A stretch of 42,931 nt of DNA, from assembly GCA_041628225.1 (NCBI GenBank), contig JBFKPQ010000004.1:1-42931 (forward strand), given 5' to 3'. A program made the position numbers and the translations under genes. A model generated the notes under the pieces. The model had not been told where the DNA came from. It saw nothing but the letters and a program-made list of their open reading frames with translations, and made no database searches. Positions 32,025 through 40,334 of this stretch are shown piece by piece. The DNA is from Acidimicrobiia bacterium (GTDB taxonomy: Bacteria; Actinomycetota; Acidimicrobiia; Spongiisociales; JAENVV01). The first letter of the stretch is position 1, and every line of letters starts with the position of its first letter.

Positions 32025-32425
32025 TCGAGTTCCCTTTCCGCTCCTCTGGACACAGCCACCGTCTCCCAGGTGAGCAGCGCCAGGTAGGCCACAACCGTTG
32101 TGATTCCGAAGGCCAGCTCGTCGAGTTCCATGACCCTGGTGATGATCACCACCGTGAGGGTGAGCAGCGCCAACCGCAGGAAAAATCCGAACAAGGCGGC
32201 CGCATGATAGGCAGACACACCCAGCCGCGCCCCAATCGAGAGCACCCAGCCCGACGCCCAGAAATTCAGCACGACGATGGCCACGCCGATCGAGGAACCG
32301 ATCAGACCGTCGAGGCCCCTCGTCAGACCGAAGACGGCGAGGAGGACCGGCGCCACCCACACCGCCCGCTTGACCGTGTTCTGGGCGAGGCGCACCTCGA
32401 CATCGGTTGGGCTGTCAGCGGCCAC
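32012..32425 (-). CDS. atpI: ATP synthase accessory protein I
   Basis: 4 TM helices, LNFW and FLRL motifs, directly upstream of atpB; GTG 32425 after GAGGA. Confidence 0.85.
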   Translation of the reverse strand: MAADSPTDVEVRLAQNTVKRAVWVAPVLLAVFGLTRGLDGLIGSSIGVAIVVLNFWASGWVLSIGARLGVSAYHAAALFGFFLRLALLTLTVVIITRVMELDELAFGITTVVAYLALLTWETVAVSRGAERELEWIN

Positions 32426-32666
32426 GTCGTCGTTCCTCGTCCTGTCGTTCGCCTTCGACCCGTGCATAGTGCCAGAGTCGCATGAATCCTGAAAATGCGC
32501 CGAGCAACGTGAAGATAACGATGAACCACGGTCGAGTGTCGAGCCACCAGTCGAGTCCGAAGCCGATGAGGAAACCGGCGAGGATCGAACTGAAGAATGA
32601 ACCACCGACGACCCATCCTTCGTCGACCGCACGGGCCATCTGCTTACCGACGGACTCTCGTTCCAC
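32415..32666 (-). CDS. AtpZ/AtpI-family (ATPase gene 1) protein
   Basis: Two TM helices with GFLIGFGLDWWLDTRPWF; first gene of the atp operon. Alternative ATG at 32639. Confidence 0.88.
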   Translation of the reverse strand: MERESVGKQMARAVDEGWVVGGSFFSSILAGFLIGFGLDWWLDTRPWFIVIFTLLGAFSGFMRLWHYARVEGERQDEERRRGR

Positions 32667-32681
32667 GCACCACCAGCCACA

Positions 32682-32699
32682 TTGTGAATTGTTTCACAA
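32682..32699. promoter_or_regulatory. Rex operator (NADH/NAD+-sensing repressor site)
   Basis: TTGTGAA-TTGT-TTCACAA, an exact match to the TTGTGAA-N4-TTCACAA consensus; AT-rich island 15 bp from the first atp gene. Confidence 0.85.
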
Positions 32700-32738
32700 G
32701 CGTACACCGACCAGGGCCGAAAGTCCATTTCTTTCTCG

Positions 32739-32778
32739 CGTCGAGTGGGCCGACCCGTCCGGGCCGGCCCACTCGACG
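32739..32778 (-). terminator. Long stem-loop insulating the atp promoter from the upstream operon
   Basis: 14 perfect bp (CGTCGAGTGGGCCG/CGGCCCACTCGACG), then a G-U pair and 3 bp with a 4-nt loop on the minus strand; begins 4 nt after the stop at 32783; no U-tract. Confidence 0.7.
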
Positions 32779-32782
32779 ACCT

Positions 32783-33073
32783 TCAGATGCTCGCCAGTCC
32801 AGCCACTACCGTCGCCGCTACCCCGACGAGCGTTGCCAACGTGAGCCGCGACGGTCGCACCGCGAATCCGATCCCGGCCCCCACCACCGCGGCACCCAAC
32901 CCCATGACGAGCCAGGTCTTGGACGTTGGTTCGAAGCCGGTGCCAGATAGGGCGGCGAGCCCATAGGCGACCAGGATCCCGAAGCCGCCCACGAGCACCG
33001 CCCCGATCCCGATGGCCCAGCGGACCCCCAGACCCAAACCGGTGCCGATCCACGCCGGCCAGCGCTCAGTCAT
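32783..33073 (-). CDS. Small membrane protein (about 3 TM)
   Basis: 96 aa, hydrophobic; ATG 33073 overlaps the end of the upstream gene. Confidence 0.7.
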   Translation of the reverse strand: MTERWPAWIGTGLGLGVRWAIGIGAVLVGGFGILVAYGLAALSGTGFEPTSKTWLVMGLGAAVVGAGIGFAVRPSRLTLATLVGVAATVVAGLASI

Positions 33074-34637
33074 CGTTCGAGATCCACAACCCGACCACGA
33101 GCAGCAGGAGACCGATCCCGGAGAAGGCGGCGATCTTCCAGATCGGTTCCGCCGATGCCAGGTCGACGATGAACAACTTGGCCACGACGCCGGCCAGGCC
33201 GACGAGCCCCGCCCTGGTGAGCACCCGCTGATCTCGTGCCATGCCGGCCGCCAGCACGGCGAGCGCGATGGCCGCATACGTCACCGTGACGAGCGCCTGC
33301 GAGACCGGTGCCAGCTCCATCCACAGCGCCACGGCCAGGACGAACGTTCCGAGTCCGGCATAGCCCCACCCGAGGGCACGGGCGCCATCCGTGCCGTCTC
33401 GGCCGATGAACCAGCCGAGGGGTATCGCCAGCGCGGGAACCGACAGAACAGCCAGGAAGTCACCATTCAGGACCGCCTGTTCGGCCTGTCCGAGATCCGG
33501 CAGGAGCCGCATGAGCCACAGCGACGTAGCGGCGAAGGCCACGTGTCCGACCGCTTCCGACCATTCGAACGCCGTCCGCCGACCGATCACGACCAACCCG
33601 GCCGCCTCGGCCAGGAGCACGACCGACACGATGGGACCATCGAAGGCCAGGACGGCTGCCAGACCGATGAACGTGCTGGCCGGCAGAAATTGCGCCAACT
33701 GCAGCTCCCGATCTTCGGCGAACCGGGCGACGACGGCGTGCACGACGGCGAGCCCGAGGGCTGCGCCCGCCATCACCCGGTTGTCGGAGAGCGAGTCCCA
33801 GACGACCGAGGAGGCGAGAAAGGCGGCCGGCGAGACGACGAGCGTACCGTAGAGCGCCTGGAATCGACCACTCCCCCGGTCCAGCAGGCGTGCGACCACC
33901 GGGACCGCGAAGAAGGCGACCCAGAACGTGCCGATCATGATCTGCAATTCGGCGCGGCCCGGAGCCGACACGGCCAGATCCGGGTAGGTCTCACCGAAGG
34001 AGAGGCGCAGCCACTCGGAAGCGATCACGAGCGTCGCTCCGACGCTGGTCGCCCAGTAGAGGCGCTGCCAGTCATGGCGGAACACGAGCGCCATGACGCC
34101 GCCGAGCACCGCCGCGAAGTACACGGCATCTCCCCCGAAGGCCGGAAGCATCCGTCCATCGATGAGCAGCGGGGCGAGAAGCGCACCACCGAAGCCGGCG
34201 ACGGCCAGCGGTTCCGACCTCCAGCGCAGCGCGAGCCCGACGCCGAGGATCGCCACCGCGACCAACTGGGTGAACGCCATCGCCAGCCCGGTCATGTCGT
34301 AGGCGTGGTGAGCCGCGAAGGCGGTGACGTACAAGCCTGCTACCCCGCCACCGGCGAGGAGCTGGCCGTACGACGGACGCCGACGGGCCAGCACCGAGCC
34401 GTAGGCGATCATGCCGACCGAAGCGACGGCACCCGCGCCAACACGGACCTCGGGTCCGATCCAGCCGGCCTGGATGGCATATCGGAACAGAAACACGATC
34501 GCCAGCAGCACGAGGCCGAGACCGACCCGGAAGAAGTTCTTCCCGGTGAGGATGTCATCGAAGAGGGGATCTCGCGCCGGACGTGAATCCGGCGGCAGCG
34601 GCGGCGGGGTGGCAGTCGAAGATGCTTGGTACGTCAT
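33066..34637 (-). CDS. DUF2339-like polytopic membrane protein
   Basis: RVGLGLVLLAIVFLFRYAIQAGWIGPEVRV at the N-terminus and VAKLFIVDLA...WKIAAF.GIGLLLL at the C-terminus; many TM segments; AGAAAGGAG SD. Confidence 0.85.
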   Translation of the reverse strand: MTYQASSTATPPPLPPDSRPARDPLFDDILTGKNFFRVGLGLVLLAIVFLFRYAIQAGWIGPEVRVGAGAVASVGMIAYGSVLARRRPSYGQLLAGGGVAGLYVTAFAAHHAYDMTGLAMAFTQLVAVAILGVGLALRWRSEPLAVAGFGGALLAPLLIDGRMLPAFGGDAVYFAAVLGGVMALVFRHDWQRLYWATSVGATLVIASEWLRLSFGETYPDLAVSAPGRAELQIMIGTFWVAFFAVPVVARLLDRGSGRFQALYGTLVVSPAAFLASSVVWDSLSDNRVMAGAALGLAVVHAVVARFAEDRELQLAQFLPASTFIGLAAVLAFDGPIVSVVLLAEAAGLVVIGRRTAFEWSEAVGHVAFAATSLWLMRLLPDLGQAEQAVLNGDFLAVLSVPALAIPLGWFIGRDGTDGARALGWGYAGLGTFVLAVALWMELAPVSQALVTVTYAAIALAVLAAGMARDQRVLTRAGLVGLAGVVAKLFIVDLASAEPIWKIAAFSGIGLLLLVVGLWISNDD

Positions 34638-34709
34638 GGTGACTCCTTTCTGTCACCATCGTCGGCCCCGTGGCCCGATCGCACCATCGGGAACGTCCCC
34701 CGACCTCCC

Positions 34710-35225
34710 TCAGGGCCTGTCAGGGGCCTGACGCACCAGGTCGGAAAGGAAAGCCGCCGCGGCTGCCGCGGTGTGGCGCCGCCAGAGATCGACGACATCG
34801 GCGGGATCGGAGTCCCCGAGCGCACCGAACGTGCCGGCCAGTTCGGCCCGCTGGTGCTCGACCAGCGCGTCGACCGGACGACCCGCCCTGGACAGCAACA
34901 TCAGCTTGAGCAGGAATGCGATACGCAGGTCCCGGACGTGCCTCACCGGCTCCGCGAGCCACACCCGAAGCTCGGCGCGGCCCGCCGGCGTCGGTCGGTA
35001 GAGCGTTCGGTCTGGTCCGGCCTCTCCTGGCTCGACACCCGTCGCTTCCACGAGACCGGCATGTTCGAGGCGGCTGATCGAACGGTAGACGGACGGCCGC
35101 CGCACTGTGAGGATGCGCCCGAGGTCGGTGTGGGGGGCGAGTTGCTTGGCCACTGCAAATCCGTGGGCAGGCCCCTCGGCCAGCACACCGAGTACCGCGA
35201 AGTCCGTGTTGGACAGTGACGGCAG
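34710..35225 (-). CDS. PadR-family transcriptional regulator
   Basis: VLGVLAEGPAHGF, SVYRSISRLE..GLV, GPDRTLYRPTPAGRAELRVWL. No in-frame ATG/GTG precedes helix 1; CTG 35225 after GGGAG is taken as the start (uncertain). Confidence 0.85.
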   Translation of the reverse strand: MPSLSNTDFAVLGVLAEGPAHGFAVAKQLAPHTDLGRILTVRRPSVYRSISRLEHAGLVEATGVEPGEAGPDRTLYRPTPAGRAELRVWLAEPVRHVRDLRIAFLLKLMLLSRAGRPVDALVEHQRAELAGTFGALGDSDPADVVDLWRRHTAAAAAAFLSDLVRQAPDRP

Positions 35226-35239
35226 TCCGAACTCCCGAG

Positions 35240-35256
35240 TAGTCTCACTGCGACTA
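35240..35256. promoter_or_regulatory. Candidate operator palindrome between padR and modA
   Basis: TAGTCTCA-C-TGCGACTA: 7 of 8 positions are symmetric; overlaps a minus-strand TATAGT -10-like hexamer (35258-35253). Confidence 0.55.
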
Positions 35257-35273
35257 TACCGGCAGAGGTCCCC

Positions 35274-35984
35274 ATGCGACGGTTGACGATCGGGTTGTGC
35301 CTGGCGCTCGCCTCGTGCGGCGGGTCGACGTCCGACGATCTGATCGTCTTCGCCGCCTCGTCGCTCGCCGGACCGTTCGGTGAGATCGCCACCGCCTTCG
35401 AAGGCGAGCATCCCGGCGTCGATGTGCAGTTGAACTTCGCCGGCAGCACGACACTGCGTGAGCAGTTGCTCGAAGGCGCACCGGCCGACGTATTCGCGGC
35501 CGCCGACCCGCAGATCGTCAATGCCGTGACCTCGGCGGGTATCGCCACCGGTGCCGCCATCCCGTTCGCGACCAACCGGATCGTGCTCGCCGTGCCTCCT
35601 GGAAACCCGGCCGCCATCACCGGCCTCGCCGACCTCGCCGACCCAGGGCTGCTCGTCGGCGTCTGCGCTCCGCAGGTGCCGTGCGGAACCCTCGCCCGCG
35701 CCGTCCTGGCGGCGTCCGCCGCCGCGATCTCCGTCGACACCGAAGAGCCCGATGTCAGATCGCTCGTGACCAAGCTCGAGGCAGCCGAGCTCGACGCCGG
35801 GCTGGTCTACGCGTCCGACATCGGGATCCTCGAAGAGGTGCCAATGCCGGCCGGTGTCTCGGCGACGACGGTCTATCCCATCGTGACCACTTCCGACCAC
35901 CCGCTCTCCGAGGCATTCGTTGCCTTCGTCCTGTCCGCCGAGGGCCGGCGCATCCTGTCCGACCACGGGTTTGAGTTGCCATGA
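35274..35984 (+). CDS. modA: Molybdate ABC transporter substrate-binding lipoprotein
   Basis: Lipobox LASC; VFAASSL, NFAGS..L, GAPADVFAAA, QVPCG, DAGLVYASD. Confidence 0.95.
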   Translation: MRRLTIGLCLALASCGGSTSDDLIVFAASSLAGPFGEIATAFEGEHPGVDVQLNFAGSTTLREQLLEGAPADVFAAADPQIVNAVTSAGIATGAAIPFATNRIVLAVPPGNPAAITGLADLADPGLLVGVCAPQVPCGTLARAVLAASAAAISVDTEEPDVRSLVTKLEAAELDAGLVYASDIGILEEVPMPAGVSATTVYPIVTTSDHPLSEAFVAFVLSAEGRRILSDHGFELP

Positions 35985-36772
35985 GGAGGATCCGCCGTCG
36001 CACGCCGTGGCCGATCGCCACGCTGGCCCTGATCGGTCTGGCCTTCTTCGTCGTTCCACTCGCGGGTCTGCTTGCCCAAGCTCCGTGGAGCCGACTGGTC
36101 GAGGTCGCGTCGAGCGGGCTCGTGCTGGACGCCCTGGGGCTATCGCTCCTGACGTCCGCGCTCGCCACGGTCGCCGGGGCCATCGTTGGGATTCCCCTCG
36201 CCTGGTTCCTGGCTCGTTCCGAGCAGCGTGGGCTGGGAATCGTGCGGGCGATCGTGACACTGCCGCTCGTCCTGCCTCCGGTCGTCGGCGGCGCCGCCCT
36301 GCTGTTCGCGCTCGGTCGGCGCGGCTCGCTCGGAGGTCCCCTCGCCGAGGCAACCGGCTTCGTGCTGCCGTTTTCGATCTGGGGCGTCGTGGTCGCCAAT
36401 GCCTTCGTGGCGATGCCCTTCCTCATCATCACGGTCGAGGGAGCCATCCGGGCACTCGATCAGCGATACGAACACGCCGCCGCCACGCTCGGTGCGGGCC
36501 GGTGGACGACGATGCGGCGCGTGACGCTGCCCATGGTGGCGCCCGGCATCATGTCCGGGCTCGTCCTCTCGTGGGCCAGAGCGTTCGGTGAATTCGGGGC
36601 CACGATCACCTTCGCCGGGAACCTCGGCGGCCGCACCCAGACCCTCCCGCTGGCGGTGTTCGTCGCTCTCGAGTCCGACCGTGAGGCCGCCATCGTCATC
36701 AGCTTGCTCATGGTTGCCGTATCGATCACGGTGCTCGTGCTGTTGCGGGATCGATGGTGGAGGGTCACATGA
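35981..36772 (+). CDS. modB: Molybdate ABC transporter permease
   Basis: LPLVLPPVVGG, AAATLGA, WARAFGEFGATITFAGN, TQTLPLA. Confidence 0.95.
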   Translation: MRRIRRRTPWPIATLALIGLAFFVVPLAGLLAQAPWSRLVEVASSGLVLDALGLSLLTSALATVAGAIVGIPLAWFLARSEQRGLGIVRAIVTLPLVLPPVVGGAALLFALGRRGSLGGPLAEATGFVLPFSIWGVVVANAFVAMPFLIITVEGAIRALDQRYEHAAATLGAGRWTTMRRVTLPMVAPGIMSGLVLSWARAFGEFGATITFAGNLGGRTQTLPLAVFVALESDREAAIVISLLMVAVSITVLVLLRDRWWRVT

Positions 36773-37830
36773 ACGGCCTGGTCGCCGACCTCCGCGTCGT
36801 CCGTCCCGGTGGCTTTCGTCTGGCCGCCGGCCTTCACATCGATCGTGGCGAGACCGTGGCGCTGCTCGGCCCGAATGGAGCCGGGAAGTCGACCGTCGTG
36901 TTGGCCCTGGCCGGACTGCTACCCGTCGACGGTGGCGTGATCACGCTCGGAGACGAGACCCTCGACCGCCCATCGACCGGCACATTCGTTCCGGCCGAGC
37001 GACGCCGGATCGGTGTCGTCTTCCAGGATTACGCGCTCTTTCCGCACCTGACGGCACTGGACAATGTCGCGTTCGGTCTGGAGGCGCACGGCCGGTCTCG
37101 CTCCGGAGCGCGTCGGGAGGCGTCGACGTGGCTCGACAAGGTCGGCCTCGGGGAGGCGGAGCGAATACGTCCTGGTGAGCTCTCCGGCGGTCAGGCCCAA
37201 CGCGTCGCCCTGGCTCGCGCGCTCGCTTTCGGGCCCGACCTCCTGCTGCTCGACGAACCGCTCGCCGCCCTGGACGCCACCACACGACCCGCACTGCGAG
37301 CCGTGCTGGCCGAACACCTGGAAGGTTTCGAGGGTCCGCGCCTGCTCATCACCCACGACCCGCTCGAGGCGTTCGTCCTGGCGGATCGCATCTATGTCAT
37401 CGAACACGGAGCGATCACGCAGACCGGAACTGCCGACGACATCCGACTCCGGCCGCGTTCGCCCTACGCCGCCGACCTCGGCGGCACCAATCTCTTCGTC
37501 GGCACGGCGGCGGGGGGTCACCTCGACGTCGGCGGTCACCGACTCTCGGTCGCCGATCACACCGTGTCCGGTCCGGCGATCGCTACCGTGCACCCGCGGG
37601 CCATCTCGCTGCACCGACGCCCACCCGAGGGCAGCCCCCGCAACGCCTGGGAGACATCCGTGCGCCACCTCGAACCCCTGGGCGAACGAGTCCGGGTCCA
37701 GCTCGGCACACCGTTGCCCATCACCGCCGAGATCACTCCTGCGTCGGCGGCGGAACTCGGACTGGAGGCCGACGTGAAGGTGTGGATCTCGATCAAAGCG
37801 ACCGAAATCTCGATCGAGGCGCAGCCCTAG
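36769..37830 (+). CDS. modC: Molybdate ABC transporter ATP-binding protein with C-terminal TOBE domain
   Basis: ATGA overlap; GPNGAGKS, VFQDYALFPHL, LSGGQ, LLLDEP, AEITPASAAELGL...IKAT. Confidence 0.93.
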   Translation: MNGLVADLRVVRPGGFRLAAGLHIDRGETVALLGPNGAGKSTVVLALAGLLPVDGGVITLGDETLDRPSTGTFVPAERRRIGVVFQDYALFPHLTALDNVAFGLEAHGRSRSGARREASTWLDKVGLGEAERIRPGELSGGQAQRVALARALAFGPDLLLLDEPLAALDATTRPALRAVLAEHLEGFEGPRLLITHDPLEAFVLADRIYVIEHGAITQTGTADDIRLRPRSPYAADLGGTNLFVGTAAGGHLDVGGHRLSVADHTVSGPAIATVHPRAISLHRRPPEGSPRNAWETSVRHLEPLGERVRVQLGTPLPITAEITPASAAELGLEADVKVWISIKATEISIEAQP

Positions 37831-38333
37831 AGTTGGTGGGCCGCTTCGAGCCGCTCCAGCGTGTCGGCGATGTGGTGAGCCCGATCGATCACCGCGTCGA
37901 AGTCGCGCCAATCGCCGGCCTGGGCACGTGCCAGGAGCTTGGCGACGAATCCGGGCGGATCGGACGGGAGTCGACCCCCGAACGTGTAGACGGCACGCGT
38001 GTCGAGCATGTCGGCGAGTGCCTCGACCTTGCTCGGTAGCGGCTGCGGATCCTTGGCGTCGGCGCCGAGCGGTCCTGAATGGAAGATCCAGACCGGGAGG
38101 GCCACATTGCTTCGGACCATGCGCCGCAACAGCGCCACGGCTTCGGGGCGCCACCGACCGTTGTAGATGGCGCTGCCGATCACCGCGGCCTCGTAGGCCA
38201 TACGATCATCCACCTCGTCGGCGGCACGCAGGTCGATATGGTGGCCGCGCCGTTCGAGGGTGGCGGCAAACCGACCGGCCAGTTCGCGCGTGCCGCCCAT
38301 CTTCGAGGCGTAGGCTACGAGGATCCTCGCCAT
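37827..38333 (-). CDS. Flavodoxin-domain protein (HemG/Flavodoxin_5-like)
   Basis: ILVAYASKMGGT..LA, AAVIGSAIY.GRW, PVWIFHSGPLG, FGGRL, GDWRD; AGGAG SD before ATG 38333. Confidence 0.85.
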   Translation of the reverse strand: MARILVAYASKMGGTRELAGRFAATLERRGHHIDLRAADEVDDRMAYEAAVIGSAIYNGRWRPEAVALLRRMVRSNVALPVWIFHSGPLGADAKDPQPLPSKVEALADMLDTRAVYTFGGRLPSDPPGFVAKLLARAQAGDWRDFDAVIDRAHHIADTLERLEAAHQL

Positions 38334-38407
38334 GGTCGTCTCCTGGGTCGACGTCGCCTCACCGTCGCGCCTCCTGACGGCACCGACCAGGGGCTTACGG
38401 CACCCGC

Positions 38408-39352
38408 TCAGTGGGTGATCGTCGTGCCCGTCTCGCCGGCGAGCGCGTCCTCCATCCGGTCGGGCGACGTGATCACCGCGACCTCCCCACCCGATTCCAG
38501 GAACTGCACGACCGCCCGCATCTTCGGCGCCATGCTGCCTTCGGCGAAGTGGCCACCTTCTGCGAGGTAGTGCTTCGCCTCGGCGAGCGTCAGCCGATCG
38601 ACCCATCGCTGGGTCGGTTTGCGCCAGTCGAGCGCCACCTTCTCCACGGCCGTCGAGATCAGGAACGTGTCGGCCGAGACGTCGATCGCCAGCATCGCCG
38701 ACGCGAAGTCCTTGTCGATGACCGCGGGAACGCCGACGAGGTCACCGTTGGAGTCGGCCACCACCGGAATGCCCCCTCCGCCCGCCGCGATCACCGTGAC
38801 CCCGTCGTTCATGAGCGCGAGGATGATCGGTGATTCCACGATGCGTTTGGGGAGGGGCGAAGCAACGACTCGACGCCACCCCCGGCCGGCGTCCTCGACC
38901 ACGTCCCAGCCATTCTCGGCGGCTCGGCGTTGCGCCGTCTCCTCGTCGAGGAACGATCCCACTGGCTTCGCAGGGTGCGCGAACGCCGGGTCGGCCGGGT
39001 CGACTTCGACTTGCGTGACGACCGTCACCACGGACTTGTCGATGCCGAGCCGGGCGAAGTCGTGCCCCAGGTTCTGCTGCAGGGCGTAGCCGATCGATCC
39101 TTGGGTGTCGGCGACACAGACATCGAGCGGAACTTCGTGCAGTTCATGAGCGGCCAGTTCGGATCGCCGCATGATGAAGCCGACCTGGGGACCGTTGCCG
39201 TGCGTGATGGCGATTTCCCACCCACCGGCGATCAGGTTGGCGATGTGGTGATCGGTCTCGGCGGCAGCCAGGTACTGATCTTCGACCGACTGATGATCGG
39301 CGTCTTTGATCAGCGAATTCCCCCCGATCGCCACGACGGCTCGTCTCGCCAT
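38408..39352 (-). CDS. arcC: Carbamate kinase
   Basis: AIGGNSL, THGNGPQVG, TQGSIGY, PAKPVG, GWRRVVASP, GGGGIPV, AVIDKD, GSMAPK. Confidence 0.97.
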   Translation of the reverse strand: MARRAVVAIGGNSLIKDADHQSVEDQYLAAAETDHHIANLIAGGWEIAITHGNGPQVGFIMRRSELAAHELHEVPLDVCVADTQGSIGYALQQNLGHDFARLGIDKSVVTVVTQVEVDPADPAFAHPAKPVGSFLDEETAQRRAAENGWDVVEDAGRGWRRVVASPLPKRIVESPIILALMNDGVTVIAAGGGGIPVVADSNGDLVGVPAVIDKDFASAMLAIDVSADTFLISTAVEKVALDWRKPTQRWVDRLTLAEAKHYLAEGGHFAEGSMAPKMRAVVQFLESGGEVAVITSPDRMEDALAGETGTTITH

Positions 39353-39359
39353 CAGCTCC

Positions 39360-40334
39360 TCACATCGTCAGCGCCATCACGGCCTTCTGGACGTGGAGGC
39401 GGTTCTCGGCCTGATCGAACACGGCACTCTGTGGACCGTCCACGACCTCGTCGGTGACTTCGATGTTCCGGTCCGCCGGCAGAGGATGCATGTAGATGGC
39501 GTCGTTCTTGGCGAGGTCCATCCTCGCCCGATCCGTGATCCAATCCTGGTAGCGAGCCCCGATCTCAGCCGACTCTTCCAGGTCGCTCGTGGTCATCATG
39601 CAGCCCCAGCTCTTGGCGTACACGACATCGGCGTCGCGAAAGCCGGCGTCGAAGTCGTCGAGGATCTCGAACGACCCGCCGGCCGCGGTGGCGTTCTCCT
39701 CCGCTTGGGCCACCACATCGGGGTGAAGCCGAAACTCGGGCGGATGCGTCAGGCGCACGTTGGCGCCGTACCGAGTCATCAACAGGATCTCGCTCTGGGG
39801 CACCGACAGCGGCTTCTGGTAGCTGGCCGCGTACGCGTAGCTCACATCGATGGTCAGCCCACGCGGATCGCCCTTGTATTCGATGACCGTCAACAGGTCG
39901 GCGAGCGCCTGGAACGGGTGATACCAGTCGCACTGCATGTTCAGAACCGGCGTCCGGGACGCCTCGGCCACCGCCCGGATGTACTCGTTGCCGATCCCCC
40001 AGTCGACCTGCCGGATGGCGATGCCGTCGTTGTAGCGGCCCAGGATGTCGCCGATCTCCTTGGCCGTGTCGCCGTGGGAGATCTGCGTCGTCGAGCTCTC
40101 GATGAACTGGGCATGGCCGCCGAGCTGTGCCATCCCGGCCTCGAAGCTCGCTCGGGTCCGGGTGCTGGAGAAGAAGAACAGCATCGCCAGCACCTTGTCG
40201 CGCAACAGCGCATGCGACTCGCCGAGGGCGCGTCGCCGCTTCAGGTCGAGGGCGACGTCGATGACCGTGTCGAGTTCTTGCTTGGTCCACTCCTGAGTGG
40301 TGATCATGTCCCTGCCGCGCAGATGCGTCTGCAT
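39360..40334 (-). CDS. Carbamoyltransferase, YgeW-like (not a canonical ArgF)
   Basis: SSTRT, HPFQ, HPLP carbamoyl-phosphate motifs; YAYAASYQKPLSVPQS and YAKSW in place of OTCase DxxxSMG. ATG 40334 shares a base with the upstream stop (TGATG). Confidence 0.85.
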   Translation of the reverse strand: MQTHLRGRDMITTQEWTKQELDTVIDVALDLKRRRALGESHALLRDKVLAMLFFFSSTRTRASFEAGMAQLGGHAQFIESSTTQISHGDTAKEIGDILGRYNDGIAIRQVDWGIGNEYIRAVAEASRTPVLNMQCDWYHPFQALADLLTVIEYKGDPRGLTIDVSYAYAASYQKPLSVPQSEILLMTRYGANVRLTHPPEFRLHPDVVAQAEENATAAGGSFEILDDFDAGFRDADVVYAKSWGCMMTTSDLEESAEIGARYQDWITDRARMDLAKNDAIYMHPLPADRNIEVTDEVVDGPQSAVFDQAENRLHVQKAVMALTM

